Shown here piece by piece: positions 10,733 to 19,027 of a stretch of 64,000 bases of DNA. Location of the stretch: the NCBI GenBank assembly GCA_965263355.1, contig CBDHHL010000056.1:1440001-1504000 (forward strand), given 5' to 3'. This DNA is from Leptolyngbyaceae cyanobacterium. GTDB taxonomy: Bacteria > Cyanobacteriota > Cyanobacteriia > Phormidesmidales > Phormidesmidaceae. Below the pieces are notes generated by a model. The model was not told where the DNA came from and searched no databases. It worked only from the letters and a program-made list of their open reading frames with translations. Numbering within the stretch: position 1 is the first letter of the stretch; each line of letters starts with the position of its first letter. Made by a program: the position numbers and the translations under genes.

Positions 10733-10967
10733 AAATAGCTAGATTGTTATTTCTAGTAATGTGATCTTGCAATAATTTATTAACCAATAATTTTGGCAAC
10801 CTTAGTTTTGAGGAATCACCGTCAACCTTGTCCTGTAGTCTGTTCTAGAAAATCTTTTGTTGACTAAAAATCTCTGCTCATTTTTATGAGAGCCAGAGAG
10901 TTTTTTAACCAAATTTACCCCCCTGATGTTTTTTTGCCTATCAGCACAGGATAGGCTCATATTGCCT

Positions 10968-11068
10968 ATGGCTTACACTATCAAAAACGGTTGCATCTCT
11001 TGCGATAGCTGTCGGCCCAATGTCCAACTGATGCCATTAAACCTCAGGTTGAATGGGAGGGATACTAG
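10968..11068 (+). pseudogene. N-terminal remnant of a 4Fe-4S ferredoxin-domain gene (CnfR/PatB-like; FdxN possible)
   Basis: MAYTIKNGCISCDSCRP/(Q)CPTDAIKPQVEWEGY*: CxxCxxCxxxCP broken by a 1-nt deletion, then TAG where PatB-type proteins have Trp. Confidence 0.65.
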
Positions 11069-11097
11069 CCAGTATTATGCTCAAGCGCGATCGCTAA

Positions 11098-12645
11098 CTA
11101 CTGCAGTCGCCCAGTTAAGTGCTCACCTACCCGCAACGCATTAGCCATAACCGTTAACGCCGGACTGACGCTGGCACAGGACGGGAAGAAGCTACTGTCC
11201 ACCACATAGAGATTGTCAATTCCATGGGTGCGACAGTTAACATCTAATACTGAGGTGGCCGGATCGTTGCCCATGCGACAGGTACCACACTGGTACCCCA
11301 CCACTTGAATCGGTGATTCTCCGCGAGGATACAGCGAGCCAGATCGCAACCCAATGCCGTTTTTTTCCATATCTCTCAGTACTCCCATCCACTGGTACAC
11401 CAGCCGATCGTGGGCTTCCAAATTATTAGGTGTAAATTCATAGCGAAGCTTTTTACGCTTGAGACCAAAGTGAGTGTCCCTTCGCCAGTAAATGCGATTG
11501 TTAGGGTCCGGTAAGGTGCCTGTGTGAGCCCACCAACCGATGGAGCGCTTTACTAGCTGCTGTAGCCCTGCCCCTGGTAGTACACGGGCAATGACTGACA
11601 AAATAGGCGGTGACTCAGCAAACACTAAATCCTGCAGGAGACCGCCACTGTTTTCAATGTGACCCATGGGGTAGGGATAATCGCCATGGCCCCAATAAAA
11701 GTCATTCACACTGACGCTGGGGGGAAACGTGCCTTTGATATTGGCTTCTACACGTTCCACAATCACAGTCATCAGGTGTTTCATCAAGTTGCGCCCCAGC
11801 ATGCCTGATTGATTGGCCAGGCCATCGGGATGCTTTTCATTGGCAGAATCTAGCATTAACGCGGCTGAATTGACCGCACCGCAGGAAAGCACCACAACAT
11901 GGCTAGTGAACATAACCGTTTGGCTGCTATGTTCGTTGCCGATTTCCGCCTGCACTCCCTTGATTTCTCCGCCAGAGGAACTGGTGTGGAGGGCAACCAC
12001 CTTGGCATTGGTTTTGATTGTCACATTGGTGTACTTCAGGGCCACGTCAATGCCAAAGACTTCCGCATCCCCGGTGGGGTCGTCCCGACGCTGGGTCAAA
12101 CTCACGGGCAGGGTGGTCGGGTGCAAACCTGTTGCCGAGATTTTCTCCACAATGGGCCGCATCACCGGAGGATGGGTGGATGCTCCATGGGGATAGGCAG
12201 CACTGCGGGGCGGTTCGGTGGGGTCATTTTGCTGATCGCCGTGTACCTGGTAAAGCTGTTCAGCCGCAGTATAGTAGGGTTCAAAGTCAGCATATTTTAC
12301 CGGCCATTCTGGGGTAATACCATCCTGGTAGGTGACTGCGTCAAAATCGCGATCGCGCATCCTCATCAAAGACGCCCGATAAATTTTAGTATTGCCCCCC
12401 ACCGCATAATTAACCTGGGGAGAGAACGGTTCTCCAGCCTCGTCGTACCACTGTTCTGGCGAGCGGTAGCGATTTATTTTATAAACATCAATATTGGCGC
12501 GATTCTGGTCTTCTAGGGTCATGCGATCTCCCCGTTCCAAGACCAGAATCCGTTTGCCTGTAGGTGCCAGACTCTGGGCCAGTGTGCCACCCCCAGCACC
12601 AGAGCCAACAATAATCACATCGTAGTGTTGATCGTCAATAATCAT
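11098..12645 (-). CDS. GMC-family FAD oxidoreductase
   Basis: GSGAGG FAD motif, VGGNTK, SCGAVNSAALM, GTCRMG, NLYVVDSSFFPS, PALTVMANALR. Confidence 0.92.
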   Translation of the reverse strand: MIIDDQHYDVIIVGSGAGGGTLAQSLAPTGKRILVLERGDRMTLEDQNRANIDVYKINRYRSPEQWYDEAGEPFSPQVNYAVGGNTKIYRASLMRMRDRDFDAVTYQDGITPEWPVKYADFEPYYTAAEQLYQVHGDQQNDPTEPPRSAAYPHGASTHPPVMRPIVEKISATGLHPTTLPVSLTQRRDDPTGDAEVFGIDVALKYTNVTIKTNAKVVALHTSSSGGEIKGVQAEIGNEHSSQTVMFTSHVVVLSCGAVNSAALMLDSANEKHPDGLANQSGMLGRNLMKHLMTVIVERVEANIKGTFPPSVSVNDFYWGHGDYPYPMGHIENSGGLLQDLVFAESPPILSVIARVLPGAGLQQLVKRSIGWWAHTGTLPDPNNRIYWRRDTHFGLKRKKLRYEFTPNNLEAHDRLVYQWMGVLRDMEKNGIGLRSGSLYPRGESPIQVVGYQCGTCRMGNDPATSVLDVNCRTHGIDNLYVVDSSFFPSCASVSPALTVMANALRVGEHLTGRLQ

Positions 12646-12661
12646 TGCTCGCTATGCACCT

Positions 12662-13261
12662 TTATTTCCAAACGTAAATTAAAACAAACAAGATAATCCA
12701 AATTACATCGACAAAGTGCCAAAACAGTGATGTGGCGGCAACACCGTATTCACCACCTTGGTAGTTGTTAGGGATAAAGGAACGGCTCAACATAATGCCC
12801 TGGAGCAGCACCCCAGTCAAAACATGCAGTCCATGAAAACCAGTCAACAGATAAAAAGTGCCGCCAAATACCCCCGACGTAAACCCAAAGGGTAGGCTCA
12901 TCCATTCCACGGCCTGACCATAGAGAAAAAAGCTGCCCATGGCCATGGTCAACAACCAAAATGCCCGAAATCCCCAAAGGTTTTCCCGATGTAAAAAACG
13001 TTCTGCAATATAAATAACAAAGCTACTGGAAACCAGAACAACGGTATTGATAAATGGATCTCGAATTTCCAAGCCATCCATCCCCGCCGGTAACCAGTCG
13101 GTCACACTAGTCTTGTAGACGATATAGCCCACAAAAAAGCTCAAAAAGATGACACTTTCAGACATTAAGAAAATAATAAAACCAAACATGCGATGGTCTT
13201 CTTCTTCGTGTCCGTGGACGACCTGGGTATTCACCGTGGGGTCAAGATTAACTGTGCTCAC
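12662..13261 (-). CDS. ctaE: Heme-copper oxidase subunit III
   Basis: FLMSE, TGFHGLHV, FWHFVDVIW; GTG start overlaps the ctaD stop. Confidence 0.93.
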   Translation of the reverse strand: MSTVNLDPTVNTQVVHGHEEEDHRMFGFIIFLMSESVIFLSFFVGYIVYKTSVTDWLPAGMDGLEIRDPFINTVVLVSSSFVIYIAERFLHRENLWGFRAFWLLTMAMGSFFLYGQAVEWMSLPFGFTSGVFGGTFYLLTGFHGLHVLTGVLLQGIMLSRSFIPNNYQGGEYGVAATSLFWHFVDVIWIILFVLIYVWK

Positions 13262-14930
13262 TGGCCAACTCCTTTGTTGGATCGTTTTCAACTAAGGGCT
13301 CATTGCTGCCGTAGCCATAGGGGGCCGACACAACAACCGGAATCTCCTCAAAATTTTCATGGGGTGGTGGCGAAGAGACCAACCATTCTAACCCAATAGC
13401 CCGCCAGGGATTGTTTCCAGCGGCCTTTCCCTGGCTCCAGGCACTCAGCATATTGAGAATAAAGGGCAGTGTAGACACACCCAGTAAAAATCCACCTAGA
13501 CTGGCAATCACATTCCAAAAAGCAAACTCTGGATCGTAGGATGCTACCCGGCGAGGCATGCCCTGTAAACCAAGGGGATGCATGGGTAAAAAGATCAGAT
13601 TGGCCCCCACAAATGTCAAGAAGAAGTGTAATTTCCCAAGACCCTCGTAGTACATCCGTCCAGTCATTTTAGGGAACCAGTGGTAAATGGCCGCATAAAA
13701 ACCTAAAACAACGGCTCCATTGATGACATAGTGAAAGTGTCCTACCACAAAGTAGGTATTGTTGACGTGAATATCAAAGGGGGCCGAGGCCAGCATAATC
13801 CCTGTAATACCGGCGAACAAAAACATTGAAAGTCCGCCTAACCCAAACAACATAGCGGTGGTCAGACGCAGTTTCCCGCCCCAAATCGTAGCCACCCAGG
13901 CAAATACTTTAATCCCGGTGGGCACTGAGATTGCCATGGTGGTAAACATAAACAACATTCGCATCCAACCGGGAGTACCGCTGGCAAACATGTGGTGTAC
14001 CCACACAATCAGGCTGAGTCCGGTAATAATCAGAGACGATACGGCAACAACTTTATAACCAAATAGGGGCTTGCGGGCATAGACCGGAAATACCTCTGAG
14101 AAGACGCCAAAAATAGGCAAGATAATGACATAGACTGCCGGGTGAGAGTAAAACCAAAAGAAGTGCTGATAGAGGACAGGATCACCCCCGCGAGAGGGTT
14201 CAAAAAAGCTAGTACCAACAGTCAGATCCAATAGCAACATCACAGCCCCTGCAGTCAAAGCAGGTAACCCCACCAGCTGAATTATCTGGGCTGACAGGAC
14301 AGTCCAGCAAAATGCGGGCATCTTAAACCAGCCCATGCCCGGTGCTCGCATTCTAAAAATGGTGGTAACAATATTGACCGCCCCCATAATAGAAGAAATC
14401 CCTGATAGGGCAACGGCCAATATCCAGAGGGATTGGCCGTTAATTAGATTACCAGTAGGGTTTTGTAAACTCACGGGTGGATAGGCCCACCAGCCAGATT
14501 GCGAGGGACCGCCCGGCACAAAGAAACTAACGGTGAGGATTACTCCAAAGACCGGCACCAGCCAAAACGCAGCAGCGTTTAACCGAGGAAAGGCCATATC
14601 CCGTGCCCCAATCATTAACGGCACTAGATAGTTGGCTAAGCCGTTGAGCATGGGAAAAGTCCACATAAACAGCATCAGAGTGCCATGCATGGTGAACAAA
14701 CCGTTGTATACCGTGCGATCAACCAGGTCCGCATCGGGGGTAATTAACTCTCCCCGCATCACCATGGCCAATAATCCTCCAAACAAGAAGAAGATAAAGG
14801 CCGTGACAATGTACTGAATGCCAATTACCTTATGGTCGGTGCTAAAGCTAAAAAATCTGCGCCAGTTATCTGGGGCTCCTGGCTGGGGTTGGAGGCTGTT
14901 GGGCATGACCTCCAGGGATGCATTACTCAT
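13248..14930 (-). CDS. ctaD: Heme-copper oxidase subunit I
   Basis: TDHKVIG, MHGT, WFYSHPAVY, WVHHMF, GHFHY: heme/CuB ligands present. Confidence 0.96.
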   Translation of the reverse strand: MSNASLEVMPNSLQPQPGAPDNWRRFFSFSTDHKVIGIQYIVTAFIFFLFGGLLAMVMRGELITPDADLVDRTVYNGLFTMHGTLMLFMWTFPMLNGLANYLVPLMIGARDMAFPRLNAAAFWLVPVFGVILTVSFFVPGGPSQSGWWAYPPVSLQNPTGNLINGQSLWILAVALSGISSIMGAVNIVTTIFRMRAPGMGWFKMPAFCWTVLSAQIIQLVGLPALTAGAVMLLLDLTVGTSFFEPSRGGDPVLYQHFFWFYSHPAVYVIILPIFGVFSEVFPVYARKPLFGYKVVAVSSLIITGLSLIVWVHHMFASGTPGWMRMLFMFTTMAISVPTGIKVFAWVATIWGGKLRLTTAMLFGLGGLSMFLFAGITGIMLASAPFDIHVNNTYFVVGHFHYVINGAVVLGFYAAIYHWFPKMTGRMYYEGLGKLHFFLTFVGANLIFLPMHPLGLQGMPRRVASYDPEFAFWNVIASLGGFLLGVSTLPFILNMLSAWSQGKAAGNNPWRAIGLEWLVSSPPPHENFEEIPVVVSAPYGYGSNEPLVENDPTKELASEHS

Positions 14931-15849
14931 GGAAATCGTCCTCTGAACTGGCGTAATTGACAATCGGTGCGGGGGCTGGCTTAACGGTATCCCAACCTAA
15001 ACCCATGGGATTTTGTGTTGTGCGGTTAAACTCTTCAGCGGCCACGTTTTGGGCTGGTGCCAGGGGCATGGTAGCCACCTGAGTTAGCCACTGCTGGTAG
15101 GCTTCTGCAGATTCGACAACCACATTGGTTTGATTGGCAGCAAAGTAGGTGCCACTGTATTCAGAATCTCGTAGTCGATAACGCCCTTCGCGAATGGGGG
15201 TAAATTCAAATCCTATTTCTCGACCAGGGACCACATCCTGTTTGATGCGAAAGGCCGGAACAAAAAAACCGTGGAGAACATCTTCTGACGATAACAATAA
15301 TCGGGCTCTCTGATTAACCGGTAAATGTAGCTCGGTGGTGTGAATCTCCTGTTCAGGATAGTAAAATTCCCATGCCCATTGGCGGGCATAGACATTAATA
15401 GGCCGCTCACTGGTTTCAACAGCATCAACAGCCTGATCCATAGGCACTGCCTCAGCAACAGCCATACCCATGGCCTTGGGGGCCATCGCGCCCAAAATAC
15501 TCATACGATCGTAGGTCTGGTAGCTAACGGTGGCAATCCAGATCACCAGCAAAACAGGAATGGCGGTCCAGACAACTTCTAGGGTGACATTCCCCTCAAT
15601 CGGCGGACCGTCACTGGCATCATACTTGGCTGCGCGCTGGAAGAGAATGGCGTATAGCAGCGTACCCATCACCCCTAAAAAGATGAAGCTACCTAAGGTG
15701 GTCATAAAGCTGAAAAGATTGTCCACCAGCACTGATTCGGCTGATGCCTGGGGTGGCATCCAGTTGTAGGCTTGCTGACCCACCCAGAGACTGATCAAGA
15801 GATCGGCAATGGCTAATCCCACTAAAACTAAAATCGTACGTCGATTCAT
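14923..15849 (-). CDS. ctaC: Heme-copper oxidase subunit II lacking CuA (ARTO type)
   Basis: LEVVWTAIP, QWAWEFYY, DVLHGF; CuA motif replaced by DSEYSGTYFAAN; likely start ATG 15849 (MNRRT). Confidence 0.9.
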   Translation of the reverse strand: MNRRTILVLVGLAIADLLISLWVGQQAYNWMPPQASAESVLVDNLFSFMTTLGSFIFLGVMGTLLYAILFQRAAKYDASDGPPIEGNVTLEVVWTAIPVLLVIWIATVSYQTYDRMSILGAMAPKAMGMAVAEAVPMDQAVDAVETSERPINVYARQWAWEFYYPEQEIHTTELHLPVNQRARLLLSSEDVLHGFFVPAFRIKQDVVPGREIGFEFTPIREGRYRLRDSEYSGTYFAANQTNVVVESAEAYQQWLTQVATMPLAPAQNVAAEEFNRTTQNPMGLGWDTVKPAPAPIVNYASSEDDFHE

Positions 15850-15872
15850 AGATAGAGTCTTGTCTACTACGT

Positions 15873-16508
15873 TTATTTGATAGGGATAGTGAGCTGAGTA
15901 TTGGGATTGAGTCCAGCTCGAAGTAGCCGATCTGCACTGATGTGCAATCCAAAATCGGCCCCCAGATGAGCGCCTAATGTACCGTGAACAAACATTAATA
16001 CAAAGATGCCAAGGCCAACGATAAGATAGCTCCAATCCACCTGACGGGCCCGGTCCTGTCGCCAGACATAACGCTGAAATCCTCTCCAGACGGTCATGGC
16101 GACAATTAGCGCTAAAATAAGCACACCGCCAACACCGTGCAATACCATGGTGTCTAATGCACCTAACCCCCAAGGGCTAACGATATCTGCCGGTGGGTCG
16201 GCTGAGAGAATTTCGTAAAATCCAGCGGCAACGGTAAAAAAGGTAACAATGGCTGCAGCGACCATATTGTACCAGCCGACATCATACAGACTAGAGCTGG
16301 TGGCTGGAATAGCCAGGAACTTAAAGACGGCTTTTTCTAGGGGAAAGAGAGCGGCTACGATATCAAATGCGATCGCAACAATAAACAACCCCAACGTCAG
16401 ATGCACTAAGTTGGGATGAATAGGCAATCCATAGGGCAGTCCATTCACCCCTCCTGCCAAAATTGGTGTAGGGGAGAGTGCGTCAATCAATAATAGACCA
16501 TGGCTCAT
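15873..16508 (-). CDS. DUF2231-like membrane protein
   Basis: HPNLVHLTLGL, several TM helices, His residues (LHGVGG, HGTLG, FGLH). Confidence 0.8.
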   Translation of the reverse strand: MSHGLLLIDALSPTPILAGGVNGLPYGLPIHPNLVHLTLGLFIVAIAFDIVAALFPLEKAVFKFLAIPATSSSLYDVGWYNMVAAAIVTFFTVAAGFYEILSADPPADIVSPWGLGALDTMVLHGVGGVLILALIVAMTVWRGFQRYVWRQDRARQVDWSYLIVGLGIFVLMFVHGTLGAHLGADFGLHISADRLLRAGLNPNTQLTIPIK

Positions 16509-17008
16509 TGCAGTAGACCTCCTCGAGCCGCCTCAACGACAGCCTCGGTATGTAGGCCATAAACCCAAACCAGCTTGTCACCCAGATAGACCTGGAACAA
16601 AACAATGGCGGTCAGAAAAACGTTCATGCCCAGATAGGCAACGGGCAATGTTTCTGCGTTACGCAGTCGGATGATATAGCGCCAGCCAGTAATGGCCGCC
16701 AAAATACCCGATAGGGACCAGCCCAACAGCGTATGCAGGTTCAGGTCATTGGCAGCTGTCGTGTACGGGGTGGCTAAGCCAGCCTCAATTTGGCCAAAAA
16801 TAACCGCAATAAAGATGGAAATCGTGGCAAACATCATATTCCACCAGCCCACCTCATACAGACGGGTATTTTTGGTGAAATAGCCGATAAAATCGCAAAT
16901 AACAGCAAACAAAACCATAGCGATCACAAAATGTACCACGATGGGATGAATCGTATCGGGATAGGGCAAATTGTGATTGTTAAGGGGGGGTAAGACGTCT
17001 TGAAACAC
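16505..17008 (-). CDS. DUF2231-like membrane protein
   Basis: HPIVVHFVIA, LHTLLG, YLGDKLVWVYGLH; 4-nt overlap with next gene. Confidence 0.8.
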   Translation of the reverse strand: MFQDVLPPLNNHNLPYPDTIHPIVVHFVIAMVLFAVICDFIGYFTKNTRLYEVGWWNMMFATISIFIAVIFGQIEAGLATPYTTAANDLNLHTLLGWSLSGILAAITGWRYIIRLRNAETLPVAYLGMNVFLTAIVLFQVYLGDKLVWVYGLHTEAVVEAARGGLLQ

Positions 17009-17280
17009 TGGTTGCCTCTAAGAACAAAAACTAAAGCAGCGACAGTTATAGACCTTTCTCTCTAACTAAAATAAAGAATGTCTATCTAAACCTTATCCAC
17101 GTCCAGAACTGGAATTTTGCCGTTAAGGAAACTATGGGTTTCAACTTGGACGTGGTTTAGAGCTATCCTCATATATCTATTACGGCTTAGTTTTTTCCAA
17201 CTAAGCCCAAACTTTTAACTCGCTTTCATATTCTGGCAGTTTTTTCTTAAATCCAACGGGGCTTTGTAGTAATGCCCTTG

Positions 17281-17326
17281 GGAACCTGAGGGAAAAGACT
17301 AAACTTACCAAATGTAAAAAAATGCT
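17281..17326 (-). promoter_or_regulatory. 46-bp conserved motif, copy A (tandem ChlR-like boxes)
   Basis: Minus strand AGCATTTTTTTACATTTGGTAAGTTTAGTCTTTTCCCTCAGGTTCC; 36/46 identical to copy B. Confidence 0.7.
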
Positions 17327-17441
17327 CACCGTCAGCAAGCTAGACACTTCTTAAAAAAAGATTAAAGGTTCAAGAATTCGCTCTCCTCTGCCGACTGTTA
17401 TCTCTAACCTTTAAAGATCCTAATGTTGTAGACCATGTGCG

Positions 17442-18650
17442 TCAGGTTACAGGTTTTTGCAAGCAGTGCCAACAGTCTTGGGCAATGGCCCAATCTTCTT
17501 GGGTATGAATGACGAGAATCCGCACTGTTGAGTCAATAGTGGCGATGTCCTGGTCAACGGGATTATTTTCATTTTTACTGTGATCCAGGGTCAGGCCCAA
17601 AAAGTCCATTGCGCCACAAACAGCGGCTCGGGTTGACGCATCATGTTCACCAATACCGGCGGTAAAAACAATCGCATCTACCCCCCCCAGACTCATGAGC
17701 ATAGACCCCACACAGGCGTTTAGTCGATGGAGATACATGTCATAGGCGAGTTTTGCCCGCGAGTTTCCAGTATCAATTGCCTGTTTAATTTGTCGCAGGT
17801 CGTGGGAGACTCCAGAAATCCCTTTAAGCCCAGATTCTTGATTGAGTAACTGGTCTAGCTGCTCAGCCCTAAGTCCTTGTCGACTCAGATAAATCAGGAT
17901 ACCCGGATCGACCGCACCTGAACGGGTGCCCATCATCAGGCCATCGAGGGGGGTAAATCCCATGGTGGTATCAATGCTCTGCCCATGATCAACCGCGCAA
18001 AGCGAGCCGCCATTGCCAAGATGACAGATCATTAGTCGTAAATCATTACGGCCTAAAATCTGAGCCGCTCGTTGGCTACAATACTGATGACTGATGCCGT
18101 GAAATCCATAGCGGCGGATACCCTGCTTTACCCAATCGTAGGGACCTGGATAAAGCGCGGCAGTGTCTGGTATTTGGCTGTGAAAAGCGGTGTCAAAGAC
18201 GGCTATCTGAGGAATGTTTTCCAACAGGGTTTCCATCAGTTCAATCCCGGCCAGGTTGACGGGATTGTGATTGGGGGCCAGTTGTTTTAAGCGGGCAATT
18301 TCTGCTTTGACGTCTGGTGTAATCAGGGTACTGGTTTGATAGGTTTGTCCGCCGTGAACTACCCGGTGTCCAACCACATCGATATCGGCAAGGGTGGCGA
18401 GCACTTGAGTCGCGCCTTGCCAGAGGGTATTCAGCACCTGGGAAAGAATTTCTGGCTGGGACGTAACATTTAGCGTCCACTCTAAAGCCTGCCCTGACTC
18501 CGTTTTAATCTCTACTATGGCCTGGTGTGGATACCAATCAATCTGGGCTTCCCAAACAGGCTTAGGGGCTGCGTCCGGCAAAGCCTGTCCCAGGGCATAT
18601 AAACAGAGTTTATGACTGCTAGAACCTGCGTTGAGAACGAGAATTTTCAT
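17442..18650 (-). CDS. ackA: Acetate kinase
   Basis: ILVLNAGSSS, GHRVVHGG, RRYGFHGISH, HLGNG, GTRSG, FTAGIGE. Confidence 0.97.
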   Translation of the reverse strand: MKILVLNAGSSSHKLCLYALGQALPDAAPKPVWEAQIDWYPHQAIVEIKTESGQALEWTLNVTSQPEILSQVLNTLWQGATQVLATLADIDVVGHRVVHGGQTYQTSTLITPDVKAEIARLKQLAPNHNPVNLAGIELMETLLENIPQIAVFDTAFHSQIPDTAALYPGPYDWVKQGIRRYGFHGISHQYCSQRAAQILGRNDLRLMICHLGNGGSLCAVDHGQSIDTTMGFTPLDGLMMGTRSGAVDPGILIYLSRQGLRAEQLDQLLNQESGLKGISGVSHDLRQIKQAIDTGNSRAKLAYDMYLHRLNACVGSMLMSLGGVDAIVFTAGIGEHDASTRAAVCGAMDFLGLTLDHSKNENNPVDQDIATIDSTVRILVIHTQEDWAIAQDCWHCLQKPVT

Positions 18651-18710
18651 AGGATTAACGGGAGTACACTTCGTCAGCCAACGGAAAATAAATCATTTTA
18701 CTTTTATAGA

Positions 18711-18905
18711 TTATGTTCCGGCGCGATCGCGCAGTGCTTGGGGCAAATGACTGCGATCTCCCAGACGTTGCAGCATGGGGCCATAGCGACCAAATTGAAT
18801 AACACTCAGGGAAGCCACGGGCATATCGATGCGATCGCGATAATCCCCTGTCTGACTGTGGGTGGTTTCGCCATGTCGGCGAAAATAAAGACTTAATGTC
18901 ATCAA
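18711..18905 (-). pseudogene. Internally deleted histidine phosphatase (PGM-like)
   Basis: N-terminal LYFRRHGETT motif joined directly to a C-terminal YRDRIDMPVASLSVIQFG...LGDRSHL segment; only 64 aa versus ~200 expected. Confidence 0.75.
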
Positions 18906-18946
18906 TCACCTAACCTACATTAATGTCATCAATCACCTAACCTACA
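18893..18946. repeat. Perfect 27-bp tandem duplication
   Basis: TTAATGTCATCAATCACCTAACCTACA twice, covering the RBS/start of the phosphatase relic. Confidence 0.95.
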
Positions 18947-18979
18947 ATCTAAAGCCTAATTACAGAGCATCAAACAAAA

Positions 18980-19014
18980 GAACCATCTTCTTTAGGAAGT
19001 CAAGAAGATGGTTC
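18980..19014 (-). terminator. Hairpin downstream of xfp
   Basis: GAACCATCTTCTT...AAGAAGATGGTTC inverted repeat with T-rich tail on the minus strand. Confidence 0.6.
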
Positions 19015-19027
19015 ATACATTATCTGA

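Noticed and set aside
10926..11144. 72-aa ORF as a real small protein
   Set aside because: Frameshift product of the ferredoxin-domain relic, running into the GMC gene end
15850..16173. N-terminal 108 aa of the 416-aa ORF
   Set aside because: Overlaps the DUF2231 gene in another frame; ctaC plausibly starts at 15849
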